Assembly (NCBI RefSeq): GCF_018350175.1
Contig: NC_058368.1
Span: forward strand, 193,194,001 to 193,258,000
Direction: 5' to 3'
DNA: 64,000 bases
Origin: Felis catus
Taxonomy: Eukaryota
The stretch's first letter is position 1; every line of letters begins with the position of its first letter. Below the pieces are notes generated by a model. That model did not search any database and had not been told where the DNA came from. It saw only the letters and a program-made list of their open reading frames with translations. The translations under genes and the position numbers were made by a program. Shown one piece after another: positions 1 through 12,600 of this stretch.

Positions 1-34
1 AGGACAGTTGTCCTGGGTATATCTGGATGTAACT

Positions 35-505
35 GGTAGGCTGAAAAATGCTCCCCTAAAGATATGTCCACATCCTAATTCCTAGGACATGTAACTGTTA
101 CTTTATTTGAAAAAAAAAATTCTTTGCAGATGTGATTAAGGGTCTTGAAATGAAGAGATCATTCTAGAATACTGGATGACCCTAAAACCAATTGTGTGTC
201 CTTCTTAGAACACAGCAGAGAAAGATTTCATACTCACAGATGAGGAAGAGGCAATGTGACCACAGAAGCAGTAACTAGAATGATGTGACATAGGCCAGGA
301 AGGCCGACATACCCCACAGCTGGAAGAGGCAGGGGAGAGATTCTCCCCGAGTCTCTGGATGGAGTGTGGCCCTGCTGACCCTTGACTTCAGCTCAGCAAA
401 ACTGATTTCATACTTTCTCACCTCTAGAACTGTGAGAGAATAACTTTTAATTGTTTTAAGTCACCAGTTTGTAGTGATTGGTTACAGCTGCCATAGAAAA
501 CTACA
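35..505 (+). mobile_element. MLT1 (MaLR) solo LTR
   Basis: Typical motifs ttgcagatgtgattaag, ctagaactgtgagagaataa, ttgttttaag and the terminal gttacagc. Confidence 0.8.
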
Positions 506-1109
506 AGCTGTTTTTTCTGCACATGGCTGTATTAAGGAGTCTAGTGTCTAAGTATGGGAAATGGCACACAAAACTTGGGGAGAGTGGAAAGTTCAGGAAG
601 TATCTTCCCAATGTTTTGGTCTTCATAGAATTCAAAAGTTGATGTGAAAACAACAACTTGAGGTCATCTAGGGTCCATCATTTTTTTTTTTTTGTCTTCC
701 CTCTAATAATTAAGTACCTACCATGAATCAAGCACTTTGCCAGGCATCGACTCTTGGATTTTCTTTTTCAAAACACTTTCTGTATAAGTCCAACCTTTCT
801 TTCCTGATCATAACCTTGAACTTTTACCATGTGGATGAGCTTCTTTGATAAAGAAATATAGAAATATTAGCTGATAAGGATAACTGAACTGGTGAGGTGA
901 CTGATATGCCTTTCCTTTCTTCTTCATCAACCATAAGTGGTGAACTTTCCATGGCTCTAAAATTGAATCAAATCCATAAAAAATATTGATTGCTTAAGGC
1001 TTGAGCTGGAAGCAACCTCTTGGTAATAGAAGAACAGGAAGACATACAGCCTTGGGGTAATCGGAAAATTCCAGGTCAAACCAGAGTCAGTCTGGAGCAG
1101 TGGCTAGTA

Positions 1110-1144
1110 TTTGTTTGTTTGTTTGTTTGTTTGTTTGTTTGTTT
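1110..1144. repeat. (TTTG)n microsatellite
   Basis: About 8 units. Confidence 0.9.
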
Positions 1145-1162
1145 TTAAAGAAAATATTTTAA

Positions 1163-1362
1163 ATATTTTTATTTAGTTTAGAGAGCGAGAGAGTGCACAA
1201 GAGGGGGAAGGGGGCAGAGGGAGAAAGAGAGAGAGAGAATCTTAAGCAGGCTCCACACTCAGCATGGAACCTGATGTGGGCATTGATTCCATGACCCTGC
1301 CACCGGGGCCAGAGCTGAAGTCAAGAGTCTGATGCTCAACCAACTGAACTACCAGGTACCTC
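1163..1362 (-). mobile_element. CAN-SINE
   Basis: tRNA-derived head, (GA)n tract and T tail. TSD agaaaat(a/g)ttttaa. Confidence 0.9.
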
Positions 1363-1949
1363 AGAAAATGTTTTAATTGAAAGCATATATGCACATTGGT
1401 ACAATCTAGCTTGGGTCACTAACAAGCTATGAATGTTCAAAGGGAAGGAAGTAGGAAGGGGGACAGGACAGTGAAGAAGGAGTACCTGAGGGAAGGCCCT
1501 TTGGATCTCTAAGGACATCTTTTGCCTAGCAGCAAGGACCAGCAAAAGATTTCACCAGGTTTTGATCGCCAGGTTTAGGGGCTTATTCAGAAACAGGAAG
1601 TATGGCAGCAGGCAATATGCATCTGCAAACAGCGCCAAATCCACCAAGTTTTATTCATAGTCAGAAAGCTCAAGGCAGTAGTTTAGAATGGGTCTCTTTT
1701 GACCTGGGTAGTGCTTTTTACTGTCTGAATTTTAATTTTCCCATTGGCACAATGAAAGTTTTGGATTAGAGAATTTCAGTTCTGTAGCACTAGAGAATTT
1801 TAAATGTTAGACCTAGAAGTGATGCTATAGAACTCTTTGCCCATTCTAGCTATTTTACAGATCAGAAGAATAAGGCTCAGAATATAGAAAAGACTTGCCC
1901 AAAGCCCAAGGCATTGGTGAAGGTAGGATTAAAATCTAAAGTCTGGGGA

Positions 1950-2150
1950 GGAGGTGCTCCTGGTTGGCTTACTCGGTTGAGCATCTGACTCTTGATTTAG
2001 GCTCAGGTCATGATCCCAGGATCATGGGATTGAGCCTGTGCATTGGGCTCTGAGCTGAGCATGGAGCCTGGTTGAGGATTCTCTCTCTCCCTTTCTCTGA
2101 TCCTCCCCTGCTCTCTCTCTAAAATAATATAAACAAACAAACAAACAAAC
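1950..2150 (+). mobile_element. CAN-SINE
   Basis: ggctcaggtcatgatc head, CT tract and (AAAC)n tail. Confidence 0.85.
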
Positions 2151-2339
2151 TACAGATTTGAGAATTTCACAATTAAAAAATCTAACATCTGGGGCTTCTG
2201 GTTCAGGTTCTCTCCTTTATCTTCTGGATTTTAATTAAGAGGATTATTCATGGGTTGATTCATTGATTATTCATGGATGGATTTCAAGGTATCTATAACG
2301 CCCCTGAATTTGTATGCCAAAATTTTGTTAATATCTATA

Positions 2340-2552
2340 TGTTTTTAAAAATGTTGACTTATGTTTTGCAAGAGAGAAAGCAAACACAAGCAGGGAAGGG
2401 GCAGAGAGAGATGGAGACACAGAATTCAAATCAGGCTCCAGGCTCTGAGCTGTCAGCACACAGCACAATGCGGGACTCTGACACACGGGCTGTGACATCA
2501 TGACCTGAGCCAAAGTCGGATGCTTGACCAACTGAGCCACCCAGGGGCCCCC
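2340..2552 (-). mobile_element. CAN-SINE (SINEC_Fc-like)
   Basis: ggctccaggctctgagctgtcagcac body ending gagccacccagggg. Confidence 0.9.
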
Positions 2553-3479
2553 CTATATGTATTTTTTTTAATGAAAGAAAATCTTTAATATGATCTCCAG
2601 AGACAACTAAAACCTTTTCAAGAAGCCATCCATCCATTAATTCCACAAAGATTAATTGTGCCTCTGCTACATGTCAGGCCCTCTTTCACATACTTAAAAT
2701 GGAGCAGTAGACAGCACAGGCAGAGGTCCCTGCTCTCAAGGAGAGGTGGGGGTGATAGTTAACAAGTAAATTGTATGTCAATTGGTGATATGTGTATGGA
2801 AAAAAATGAAGCAGGGATAGGGGCAGGGAGTGCAGAGCACCACTCTGCTTTACTTGGGTTGAAATGAAATCTTTCACATGTGTGCCAAGACTCCTTGCCC
2901 TAAAGATTGGGAGCACATTACAATGAAAGGGACGCAGCATGCTGTGTTATGACCACTTTACAAGGAGGCAGCTAGAGGCAGAGGCAGTGTCCTCAAAAAA
3001 GTTCCGATCCTGCTCCTTTGGTCATTTTCAGTGATGTCTGTGCTAGGAAGGTGAGTGATTCATTTTCCTGAGCCATCTGACGTTGGTTACCAGGCCATCA
3101 TTACTCACAGGGTGCCACATGCTGTCCAGTGCCCCAGATAGTGATGGTTTCCATGTCAGCATTATTTATGATTTATTGCATTACTGCATCCTGGGGAGGA
3201 AGGGAGGCAGGGAGGCAGCTACAGCAGTTGATGGAGGTTCTGTGGTTGGAGATGAATAAAGGGTAACCTTTTTGTGGTCTTTATTGCTTTCTCAAAGCTT
3301 TTTGAGCTTGATTGGATCATTACATGGTTCTTGGAGACATGGCCAATCTGGTTAATCCCACTTTAAAGATTTATCATCCAACACGCATAGGGGTGTGGGG
3401 TAGTATAGCGTTACAAGCAGGGTCAAGGATTAAAATACAGATCCTCTTGTCTCCTTGGAAGAGTCCTTCCTCTGCCATC

Positions 3480-4510
3480 CACATCCTTGACTTCATCCCT
3501 GTTTTCTCTGTTTCCTGTGTATTACGTGTTCAATCCAGCAGTGAATGCTTCTCTTTGGAAATATATCTAGACTCTGACCTCTTCTCACCATCCCATCATG
3601 GCCACACTAGACCAGCCCCCTATTATCTCTTGCATGGACTGTTGCAGTAAACTGCTAATTGGCCTCCTTGCTGAGCCCCTCCCCCACCCGACTCCCAGCA
3701 GTCAAGAGCGACTCTCTCTTTCTTTTTTTTTTAAAGTTTATTTATTTATTTTGGGAGAGAGAAAGTGTGAGCGAGCAGGGAGAGACAGAGGGAGAGAGAG
3801 AATCCCAAGCAGGCTCTGCACTCTTCATACTGAGCCTGATGCAGGGCCTGAACTCATGAACTGTAAAAGCATGACCTGAGCCAAAATCAAAAGTCAGATG
3901 CTTAACTGACTGAGCCACCCAGGCACCCTAAGAGTGACTCTCTTAAATATAAGTTGAATCAAGTTATGCTTTGCATAAAGCCCCCCCTAGTTATTTTCCA
4001 TCTTTCAGAATAAGAGCCAAACTTCCTGTTGTGCCCCCCAAGTCCCTGCATGATCTCACCTGTTACTCCCATCTTCAGCCTAATTTCCCCCTTCTTGTCC
4101 CTTTTTCATGATCTGCTTGGGTAACACTGGTCTCTGCTTTTCCTTGAATTTGACAAGTACATTGCCATTCAGACTTTGTGCTTGTTCTTCCCTGTACCTG
4201 GCAGTTCTCAGATATTTCCATCATGTTTCTTTTACTTCATTCAAGTCTCTGCTCCTGTGTCAATTCACCAGAGGTGTTTCTCACCCATTTGTGAAAAACA
4301 GCAGCTCCTGTCACTTCCTGTCTTCTCATGTTGCTTTATTTGTTTTCACAATATTTATCCGTACCTGGTGTTTTAGTATAATTGTTCGTTTAGTTATTGG
4401 CTTTCCCATTAGAATTTAACCTCCTTGGGAGTAGTGACTTTGCATTATCCACTCTTCAGTGTCAGGCACACAGTAGGTACATTCATTTGTTAAACATATG
4501 AATGAAAGAA
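3480..4510 (+). mobile_element. L2 3' region
   Basis: tcttgcatggactgttgcagtaa and the terminal ggcacacagtagg-atgaatgaa. Confidence 0.6.
3718..3928 (-). mobile_element. CAN-SINE inserted in L2
   Basis: Consensus-like body. TSD aagag(c/t)gactctct at 3704 and 3930. Confidence 0.9.
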
Positions 4511-4571
4511 TGAAAATGTCCCTCTAATCCAAGACATTTATTGAGGCTGTTCAATGGTGGTGATGATTATC

Positions 4572-4848
4572 AAAGGCCAGGGCTGCCATAATGGAATACC
4601 ACATCCTGGGTGGCTTAAGCAACAGAAATATATTTTCCCACATTGCTGACGCTAGAAGTCCAGGATCAAGGTGCCAGCATGGTTGGGTTCTGGTGTGGCT
4701 GCACTCCTGGTAATAACCTCATTTAACCTTTATTATCTCCTTAAAGGCCCCAACTCCAAATATAGTCACATTGGCGGTTAGGATTTCAACATACAAATCT
4801 GGGCCGGTGGGGGGTAGGGGTGTTGCAGACACTATTCAGTCCATAATA
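4572..4848 (-). mobile_element. MLT1A/B-like LTR fragment
   Basis: gggctgccataa, ctagaagtcc-agatcaaggtg and aaatatagtcacatt motifs. Confidence 0.75.
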
Positions 4849-6049
4849 GAGATTAACATTTATTAATCACCCACTATGTGCCAGGCACTATGCAAAATAC
4901 TTTACATATTTTCTCATCTAACTATTACCCCTATTTTACAGACAAAGAAACTGAGGGTTAGCAGAAATTTACCTAATTTTCTCAAGATGCAATGCTATTA
5001 AATAGAGAAGCTGGGACTTCGACCCAGATATGACCCTAAAACCTGATTTTTTTTTAAAAATTCACCTATAGTCTACAGATATCCGTTTCATTTAGAGGAC
5101 ATAATGGAAATAGCTTCCTTGAAATTGATTTTAAGCTTTTCCATTTGTTTCTTCTGTTTTCCTTGCCCCAGGCAAACATTTTCCTTTCTTCAGAATTCTA
5201 ATTTCTGTCACCATGGTTTAGTTTTGCCTATTCTAGAATTTCCTATGGAGCGAACCTTGCAATACCTAGCTTTGTGTCTGGCTACTTTTGCTCATTGTAT
5301 GTGTGTCAACAGTTTGTTTTAATTGCTTGTGGAGGATGAATTAATCTCAGCTGATTGATCATATACTTCTCTCCAGCATTGCCTGGACTATTATATTAAC
5401 CCTTGGCCAAAGCTAGGGAATCTAATAACTGGAGGTAAGTGATGTTTTATAACCATGTGTATGTGGGTGTTTTGGGCCAGGTTATACAAGCCTGTCAGTT
5501 TGTTCATTAATAATAATTAGATTGATGGCTTGTATCTGGTTTTCATGGAGCCTGAGAAGGGTTGAAAGCAGAGATTGGATGCAGAGATTGGACACGTAGC
5601 TCTAATGTGCTAACCAGATCACTATAAGAAACCTCTCCTGCAAGCAGACCTTTGGCTTCCTGATTCTAAGATTGTGTACATGTCAGTGGTGGTTTGAGAG
5701 CCAGAGACAGTATGGGTCCTGGGCAACCCAACACAGTCATGAAAAGATAAGGAAATCTATACCTCAGACCTCCTGTTACTGCTGTATTATATCCTTTGTC
5801 TATATCAAGGTTTCTTCCTGAGGATAAACTGTTTTGAGTCTTGTGTATCCTTTTAGCAATCAAACCACTTAAAGTAATTAACATTTTATTAACATAGCTG
5901 AGTAGCATTTCACTGCATGAAAATACTATAATTTATTTATCATTTTACCTATTTCATCATTCCAGTTTTAGGCTATGGTGCCATGGAAATTCTTGTGCAA
6001 ATAATTTTATGTGTGTATATTTTCATTTCTCTTGGGAAAATTCTTGTTC

Positions 6050-6690
6050 ATTTGTGTTCATTATCTATTGTTTAATAGAAAATTATCACAGATTTGGTGG
6101 TTTAAAACAACACACATTTCTTTTCTCACAGTTTCTGTGGATCAGAAATCTATATACTATTTAACTGGGTCCTCTTCTTCAGAATTGCTTACAAAGTTGT
6201 GATCAAGGTATCTGCTAGGGTTGGGTCTTTTTTTTTTTTAATATGAAATTTATTGTCAGATTGGTTTCCATACAACACCCAGTGCTCATCCCAACAGGTT
6301 AGGCTTGGGTCTTATCTGAATGCTCAGTTGAGAAAGAATCCAGTTCCAAGCTCAGGTGGTTGTTGGCAGGATTTACTTCCTTGTGGGCTGTTGAACTGAA
6401 GGCCTCAGTTTCTAGTAGGCTGCTGGCTGGAGGCCATCCTCAGTTCCTTGCCATATTGGCTTCTCCAAGATGTCAGCTTGATTTATCAAAGTGTACAAGC
6501 TGGAAAGGCAACTGAGAGAGCCTGCTACCTAGATTGAAGTGACAACCTATTGTAATCTAACAGTGGAAGTGACATCTCTTCAATGTTGGTGTATTCTCTT
6601 GTTAGAAGCAAGTTATTCAAGGGGAGGGAATTGTACGAGGCCACAACAGGAAACAGAGATTATTCGGCACCATCTTAACAACTGCCTACT
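6050..6690 (-). mobile_element. MLT1-family LTR interrupted by the L1 stub
   Basis: ttaaaacaacac, tctcacagtttctgtg and gttggcaggatt motifs. Confidence 0.7.
6230..6299 (-). mobile_element. 70-bp L1 3'-terminal stub
   Basis: Near-identical to the L1 3' end at ~23150-23210. TSD tagg(g/c)ttgggtctt at 6216-6229 and 6300-6313. Confidence 0.85.
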
Positions 6691-6869
6691 ACAAGAATTG
6701 AGTATCTGGATCACAGAATACGTGTATAAGTAACTGTACACAGAACTGATAAGTTCTTCTCTAAAGTAGTTGTATTATTTGACATTCCCATCAGCAATGC
6801 ATAAGAGTTTCAGTTGCCTTATCAGTTGCCTTATCCCCTTTTCAGTCCTTGGTATTATTAGACATTTAA

Positions 6870-6898
6870 AAATTTTTAAAAATGTTGTATTTACTTAT

Positions 6899-6945
<47 letters not shown>

Positions 6946-7115
6946 CAGAGAGAGAGAAAGAGAGGCAGAGGGAGAGGGAGAGAGAGAACTCCAAGCAGGT
7001 CCCATGCTATCAGCACAGAGCCTGATGTGGGGACCAATCTCATGAACAGTGAGATTGTGAACTGAGCCAAAATCAAGAGTCAGATGCTTAACCAACTGAG
7101 TCACCCAGGATCCCC
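6870..7115 (-). mobile_element. CAN-SINE with expanded (GA)n
   Basis: Consensus-like body, (GA)~20 at 6902-6941. Confidence 0.9.
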
Positions 7116-7632
7116 TAACAGACATTTTTTTTTTTTTAGCTTATGTATTGGGTATGAAATGGTATCCCATTAGAAATTTAATTTACATTTCTCTTATGGC
7201 TAATCATGTTGGGTATCTTTTATTTGTTAGTCCTTCATGTATCTCTTTTGTCAACAGAAAATGACGGAGCCACCCAGGTGCCCCCCAAACAGTCTCTTAT
7301 TATCCTTTTAGTGTCTATAGGATCTATGGTAATAAGACCCTTTTGGTACCACTTATAGGTGATTTATATTGTCTTTCTTCCCTTAGTTATGCTAGCTGGG
7401 TGTTGGTCAGTTTTGCTTATCTTTTCAGAAAAACAGCTTTTGGCTTTGTTAGTTTTCTTTGTTATCTATCTTTTAAAAAATTATGTTGATTTATGTTATC
7501 TGTATTATTTTAACCTATTTACTTTGGATTTTCTCTGTTTTTCCCCATAGCTTTTTAAGGTGGAACTTTTGGTCATTAATTTAAACCTTTTTTCTTTTTT
7601 AACTTAAGCATTTAAAAACACAAATCTACCTT

Positions 7633-7834
7633 TGGGACACCTGCGTGTCTCAGTTGGTTAAGCATCAGACTTCGGCTCAGGTCATGATATCATGGTTTGT
7701 GAGTTGGAGCCCCTGAAGTGGGCTCTGTGCTGACAGCTCAGAGCCTGGAGCCCACTTTGGATTCTGTCTCCCTCTCTGTCCCTCCCTCACTTGTGGTCTG
7801 TCTCAAAAATAAATATTTAAAAAAATAATAAAAC
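7633..7834 (+). mobile_element. CAN-SINE
   Basis: Consensus-like body. TSD cacaaatctacct at 7619 and 7835. Confidence 0.9.
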
Positions 7835-8849
7835 CACAAATCTACCTGTAAATACTGCTTTAATTGCATCTCACACATTTTGATAGGTTGTGTTTTTATT
7901 TTCTTTTACATAGGAATATTTAAAAATTATTTTTGTGGTTTCTTCTTTGTCTCATGAATCATTTAGAGGGGTGTTTAATTTCTAATATTTGTGAATTTTC
8001 AGATATCATATAGTTAATGGTTTCTAAATTAAGTCAGTGGTAGTCAAAAAACATACTTTGTATAATTTTAATCCTCTGAAATTTATTTACTTGTGTTGTC
8101 ATTTTGGTTATAGTCCATCTTGGTTATTGTTCCATGTACATTTGAAAAGTATGTGCGTCCTGCAATTTTTGGGTATACTGTTCTTTAGATATCAATTAGT
8201 TTAAATTGGTTGACCATGTCGTTCAAATATACTATGTACTTACTGATATTTTGGCCTACTTGGTCTATCATTTACTTACAGTGGGCTGTTAAAATCTACT
8301 CTGATTATGAAATTGTCTAATTCCTTTTATTACTTTCAATTTTTGTTCCACTACTATTGTGAGTTTGTTGCTAGAATGTACATTTATGATTGTCATGGCT
8401 TGTTGATAAATTGACCCTTTTATTTCTCTGAAATGTACATATTTATCTGTTAATACTCTTTGTCATGAAGTCTTTTTGATAATAATATACCACATATCAG
8501 CTTTCTTGTGCTTATTCTTTGTATGGTAATTTTTCCTTCTTTTTACCACCAATTTGTTTGTGTCTTGTATTTAAAATGAATACAAATGGTTCTTGCTTTT
8601 TATCCTGGCTGATAATATCTGTGATTTCATTGGAGTAATCTGCATACATTTGATGTAATTGTTCATATGGATGGATTTTAATCTATCATTTTGCTATTTC
8701 TTTTCTATTTATCCTCTGTTCATTGATTCTTCTTTTGTATTGAGTTGTAAGTTAGTACATCTGTCTTCTCCATTTTTAAAAATATCTAACTCTTTGTATT
8801 AAATTTTTAGTGTTTGATAACAGGATTAAAATATTTTCTTAACTTATCA

Positions 8850-9182
8850 CAGTGTAATTTCGTCAAACATGACTCTGGGTGTTTCTGTGAGGGTGTCTGT
8901 GGATGAGATTAATGTTGATGTCAAGTAGACTGAGTAAAGCAGATTGTTCTCTTTGAGTGAGCCTCATGTGATCAGTTGAAGGCCAAAATAGAACAAAAAT
9001 GCTAACTCTCCTCTGAATAAGAGAGAATTTTCCTGGGGTTCCTGGGTGGCTCAATTGGTTAAGGGTCCCACTTTTGGTTTTGGCTCAGGTCATGATCTCA
9101 CACTGCATGAATTTGAGCCCTGTGTCAGGTCTCAAATGCTTGGGATTCTCTTTCTCCCTCTCTTTGCCCTCTCCTGCTTGTG

Positions 9183-9234
<52 letters not shown>

Positions 9235-9690
9235 ATAAATAAATATTTAAAAAAAAACTACTAAAAAAAGAGAATTTTCCCATTTGACAGCCTTCAATCT
9301 GGGGCATCAGCTTTCTTCTTGTTTTGATACTTGAACTGAAACACTGGGTGTTCTTAGGTCTCACCTCTGCTGGTGTTTGAACTGAAACTAAACCATCAGC
9401 TCCCCCTATTTTAAGGCCTTTGTATTTGACTAGAACTTTAACCTTGGCTCTCTTGAGTCTCCAGCTTGCTGACTCACCTTGCGGACCTTGGAATTGATGA
9501 GCTTCCATAATTGTATGAGCCAATTCCTTATAATAAATCTCTTCATATATTATATATAATGACATAGTATACTACATATAGCATATTATTTATTTTACAT
9601 ATAATGTAATAAATATAATCTTTTTTATCTATATCTGTATCTATAATTATATAGATTTCTTATTGGCTCTGTTTCTCTGGAGAATTGTAG
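8850..9690 (+). mobile_element. MLT2 (ERVL) LTR interrupted by a SINE
   Basis: gggtgtttctgtgagggtg, agactgagtaaagcagattg, gagccaattccttataataaatctc and tctgtttctctggagaa motifs. Confidence 0.8.
9035..9268 (+). mobile_element. CAN-SINE inserted in MLT2 LTR
   Basis: (CT)~21 tract. TSD agagaattttcc at 9022 and 9269. Confidence 0.9.
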
Positions 9691-10084
9691 TACAGGCTAA
9701 TTTATGGCGTTTTTCCTTTGATAGGAAAAAATTTTTTTTCTTGACCACATGCCACTTTTTATAGTTTTTATGTCTAATAATCTTCTTAGTGTATCCTGAA
9801 TGTTTTATACAGCAAGTTTTAGAGACTCTGCATTCTGTTATCTTCCTCCAGAGAGAATTGGGTTTTATTTTAGCAGGGAGTTGGATTGCTGGTACAGCAC
9901 TTTGAACTTCTCAAGGCTTAATTTTATTCTTTGTGTGAGTGGGTCTATTATGGGCTTACCGTTAATGCTAGGGTGAATCCCTTAATCTTTGGATATAGTC
10001 TTCCCTCCTGAGTCATGGACCTTCTGAAGTTTCAGTGGACAGCCTGAGATGGTTGCCAAGGCCCTATAACTTGGTAGAATTTTA

Positions 10085-10284
10085 ATTTCATTTATTTTTG
10101 GGACAGAGAGAGACAGAGCATGAACAGGGGAGGGGCAGAGAGAGAGGGAGACACAGAATCGGAAACAGGCTCCAGGCTCCGAGCCATCAGCCCAGAGCCT
10201 GACGCGGGGCTCGAACTCACGGACCGCGAGATCGTGACCTGGCTGAAGTCAGACGCTTAACTGACTGCGCCACCCAGGCGCCCC
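10085..10284 (-). mobile_element. Young SINEC_Fc-like SINE
   Basis: CpG-rich intact body with a short tail. TSD gaattt(t/g)aatttca. Confidence 0.92.
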
Positions 10285-11539
10285 TGGAATTTGAATTTCA
10301 AATTCAGTCTCTCCTATGGCAGGAAACTGCTGATATTTCTGTTCACCTCTTCCAGGTGTTATTTTCCTCCTTAGTTCTGTTGAGTCTCACCCCATGAACA
10401 TGCAATTCAGGGATCAGTCAAAAAGTTGAATATTGCTTATATACAGATTTTCCGGATTCCTTCCTTTTATAGATTTCCCCTTCAATTTCTAGACCTCTGT
10501 CAACCTTAAACTCTCTCCTCCACTTTCTCTGGCCAGTAAAATTGGAGATTTCCTTTTTAACTCTATCCACGAAGATATTACTACACAGACTGGAGAGTTT
10601 CTTCATGGTAGAGTGCAAATAATTGTGGATCTCAACCATGGAGGGTCCTTTCTTTCAATATTAAGTCTCTCCCAGTTTCTGCTTACTTTTACTTGCTCTC
10701 TAGAGTCTTCAAACAGTTGTTTTAAAATATATATATTTTTAGAGTTTATAATGGTTACAGTTGGAGGTTAGTCTCCTAAAATCTACTTTGCCATTATTGG
10801 AAGCCAGAAGTCCTTAGACATGATTTTTATCTGTACAAAATAGTATAGCTATAACCACATTATAGAAAGTGTCATAGTGTGGGAAGTGCTAACAGAAACA
10901 TATATGTTTTTGTGATAGTACAAAGTGGAGGAAGAATTAGTTCATCCCTGGGATAACTTAGAAGGTTTTTCAGAGAAGATGATATTTGAGTTAGATCTTG
11001 AAGAATGTATAGATACACACCTATACATTCAGAAATTTGAAGCAATAATATGTAGAGAAAAGCATAAGTCAGTGGCATGAAAAATGTTTGGCAAGTAGCT
11101 CTTGTGGCATAGAATGGAGGCTTGTCGAGGGCATTTAAATGACCCCAGTCTGACCCCCTCTTTACAAATGAGGAAGCTTAACATTATGCAGCTAATTCAT
11201 AGAAAAATAAGGACTCAAATCCCTCTCTTCAGAGTCCTAGCCAAGACTTCCTTTGATCCCATCTTGTTATAGTATGTGTTGGACTATGTATAGTGGTGTT
11301 ATTGGTCCTGCATCTGGTATCCATGGTCCTCTGGTATCTGGCCTCATTTTATATAGGCAACATGTTGTCAACCCAAAGTGTTATCATCACCTGCACTTGA
11401 TGCTCACGTCTGCATGCTAACCTCTGTTTCTATTGTGTCTCCTACCTAAATAATTTTTCTTTATCTTCTTCCTGCCCATAATTCCTTGTGACACCTAAGG
11501 GTTATCCAACCTCTGCCATGTATTGTTCTTGGCAATGTG

Positions 11540-12600
11540 ATTACAAGTATGAAAGCAATATAGTCCCTGTCCTGCAAAAATGTGGTGGGAAAGGAAGAGG
11601 AGGGACCAGATAACTATAGCCTGGTATGATAAGAACTTTGATTAGGAAAATACCAAGGTCTGTGGGATCACAGTAGCAGGGCACCCCATCCATTTGGGAT
11701 AGGGTGTGTGTATCACAGAAAATATGCTGTAGGAAGTGATGTGCTGATTAAGGATCCGTGGAGTCAGATGATAGGAAGGAAGAGGGAAGCATTCTAGGTA
11801 GATGAAGAAGAGGGTGAGTGGAATTCATCTGGGGGACCCAAAGATTATTCAGTATGGATGAAGTTTAAAGAACTAAGATGGGTCTGGTAAAGGAGGACAT
11901 TGGGAGGTGAGCAGGACCCAGCTTAGCAAGGGTCTTGTTTGGAATTTTAAGGTATTTGGACCTTATCTTGAGGGTACTGGGGAGGTATTGAAAGTTTTAA
12001 CAGAAGTTTGAATCACATTTTCATCTCATCACTCTGGTGCTGTGTAGATAATGGATGGAGGGGAGCAAAAGTGGGCTCTGGAAGGCCTGGGAAGACAATC
12101 GTAGTGGTTTAGGGAGGAGAGGATGGTGTGGACTCGATGGTGGCAAGGAGGTTGAAATGACATAATTGGGATATATTTTGGAGGGGAAAATATGAAAAAT
12201 TTGCAAGCAAATTGGATGTAGGTGTTCAAGGGAAAAAGCAGTAGGCTCCCAGGTTAATGGCTTGAACATCTGAGTAGATGGTAATACCACTTAATGAGAT
12301 GGGAAAGACTAGGGAGAAAGTGGCTGGTAGTGGAGGGGTAGAGTCATGAGTCCTGCTTTGCAGTGGTTGATATCAAATTGGGAGCTACAGCTCAGAGCTG
12401 GAGGTAGAGTTTTAATGTTGTCATCTTGTAGTGGCACTTCAAGTCATAGGATTGTTTGAGATAACCCAGGAAGAGAGTACATAGATGAAAGAGGAATCAT
12501 AACCAGGGCTATCAACACTAATAGGGTAGGTAGAGAAGGAGTTTTCCTCAAAGACAATAGGAAAAAACAGCCAGTGAGGAAGGATATACCCCTGCATATA
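11540..12600 (-). mobile_element. L2 fragment
   Basis: Purine-rich antisense L2 motifs such as gatatattttggagg and gagatgggaaagact. Confidence 0.55.

Larger units (their letters stand above)
6700..10810 (-). mobile_element. Degraded ancient L1M, host of nested SINEs and MLT2
   Basis: T-rich antisense L1-like sequence such as ttaattgcatctcacacattttga and ttgataaattgaccctttt. Boundaries approximate. Confidence 0.6.
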
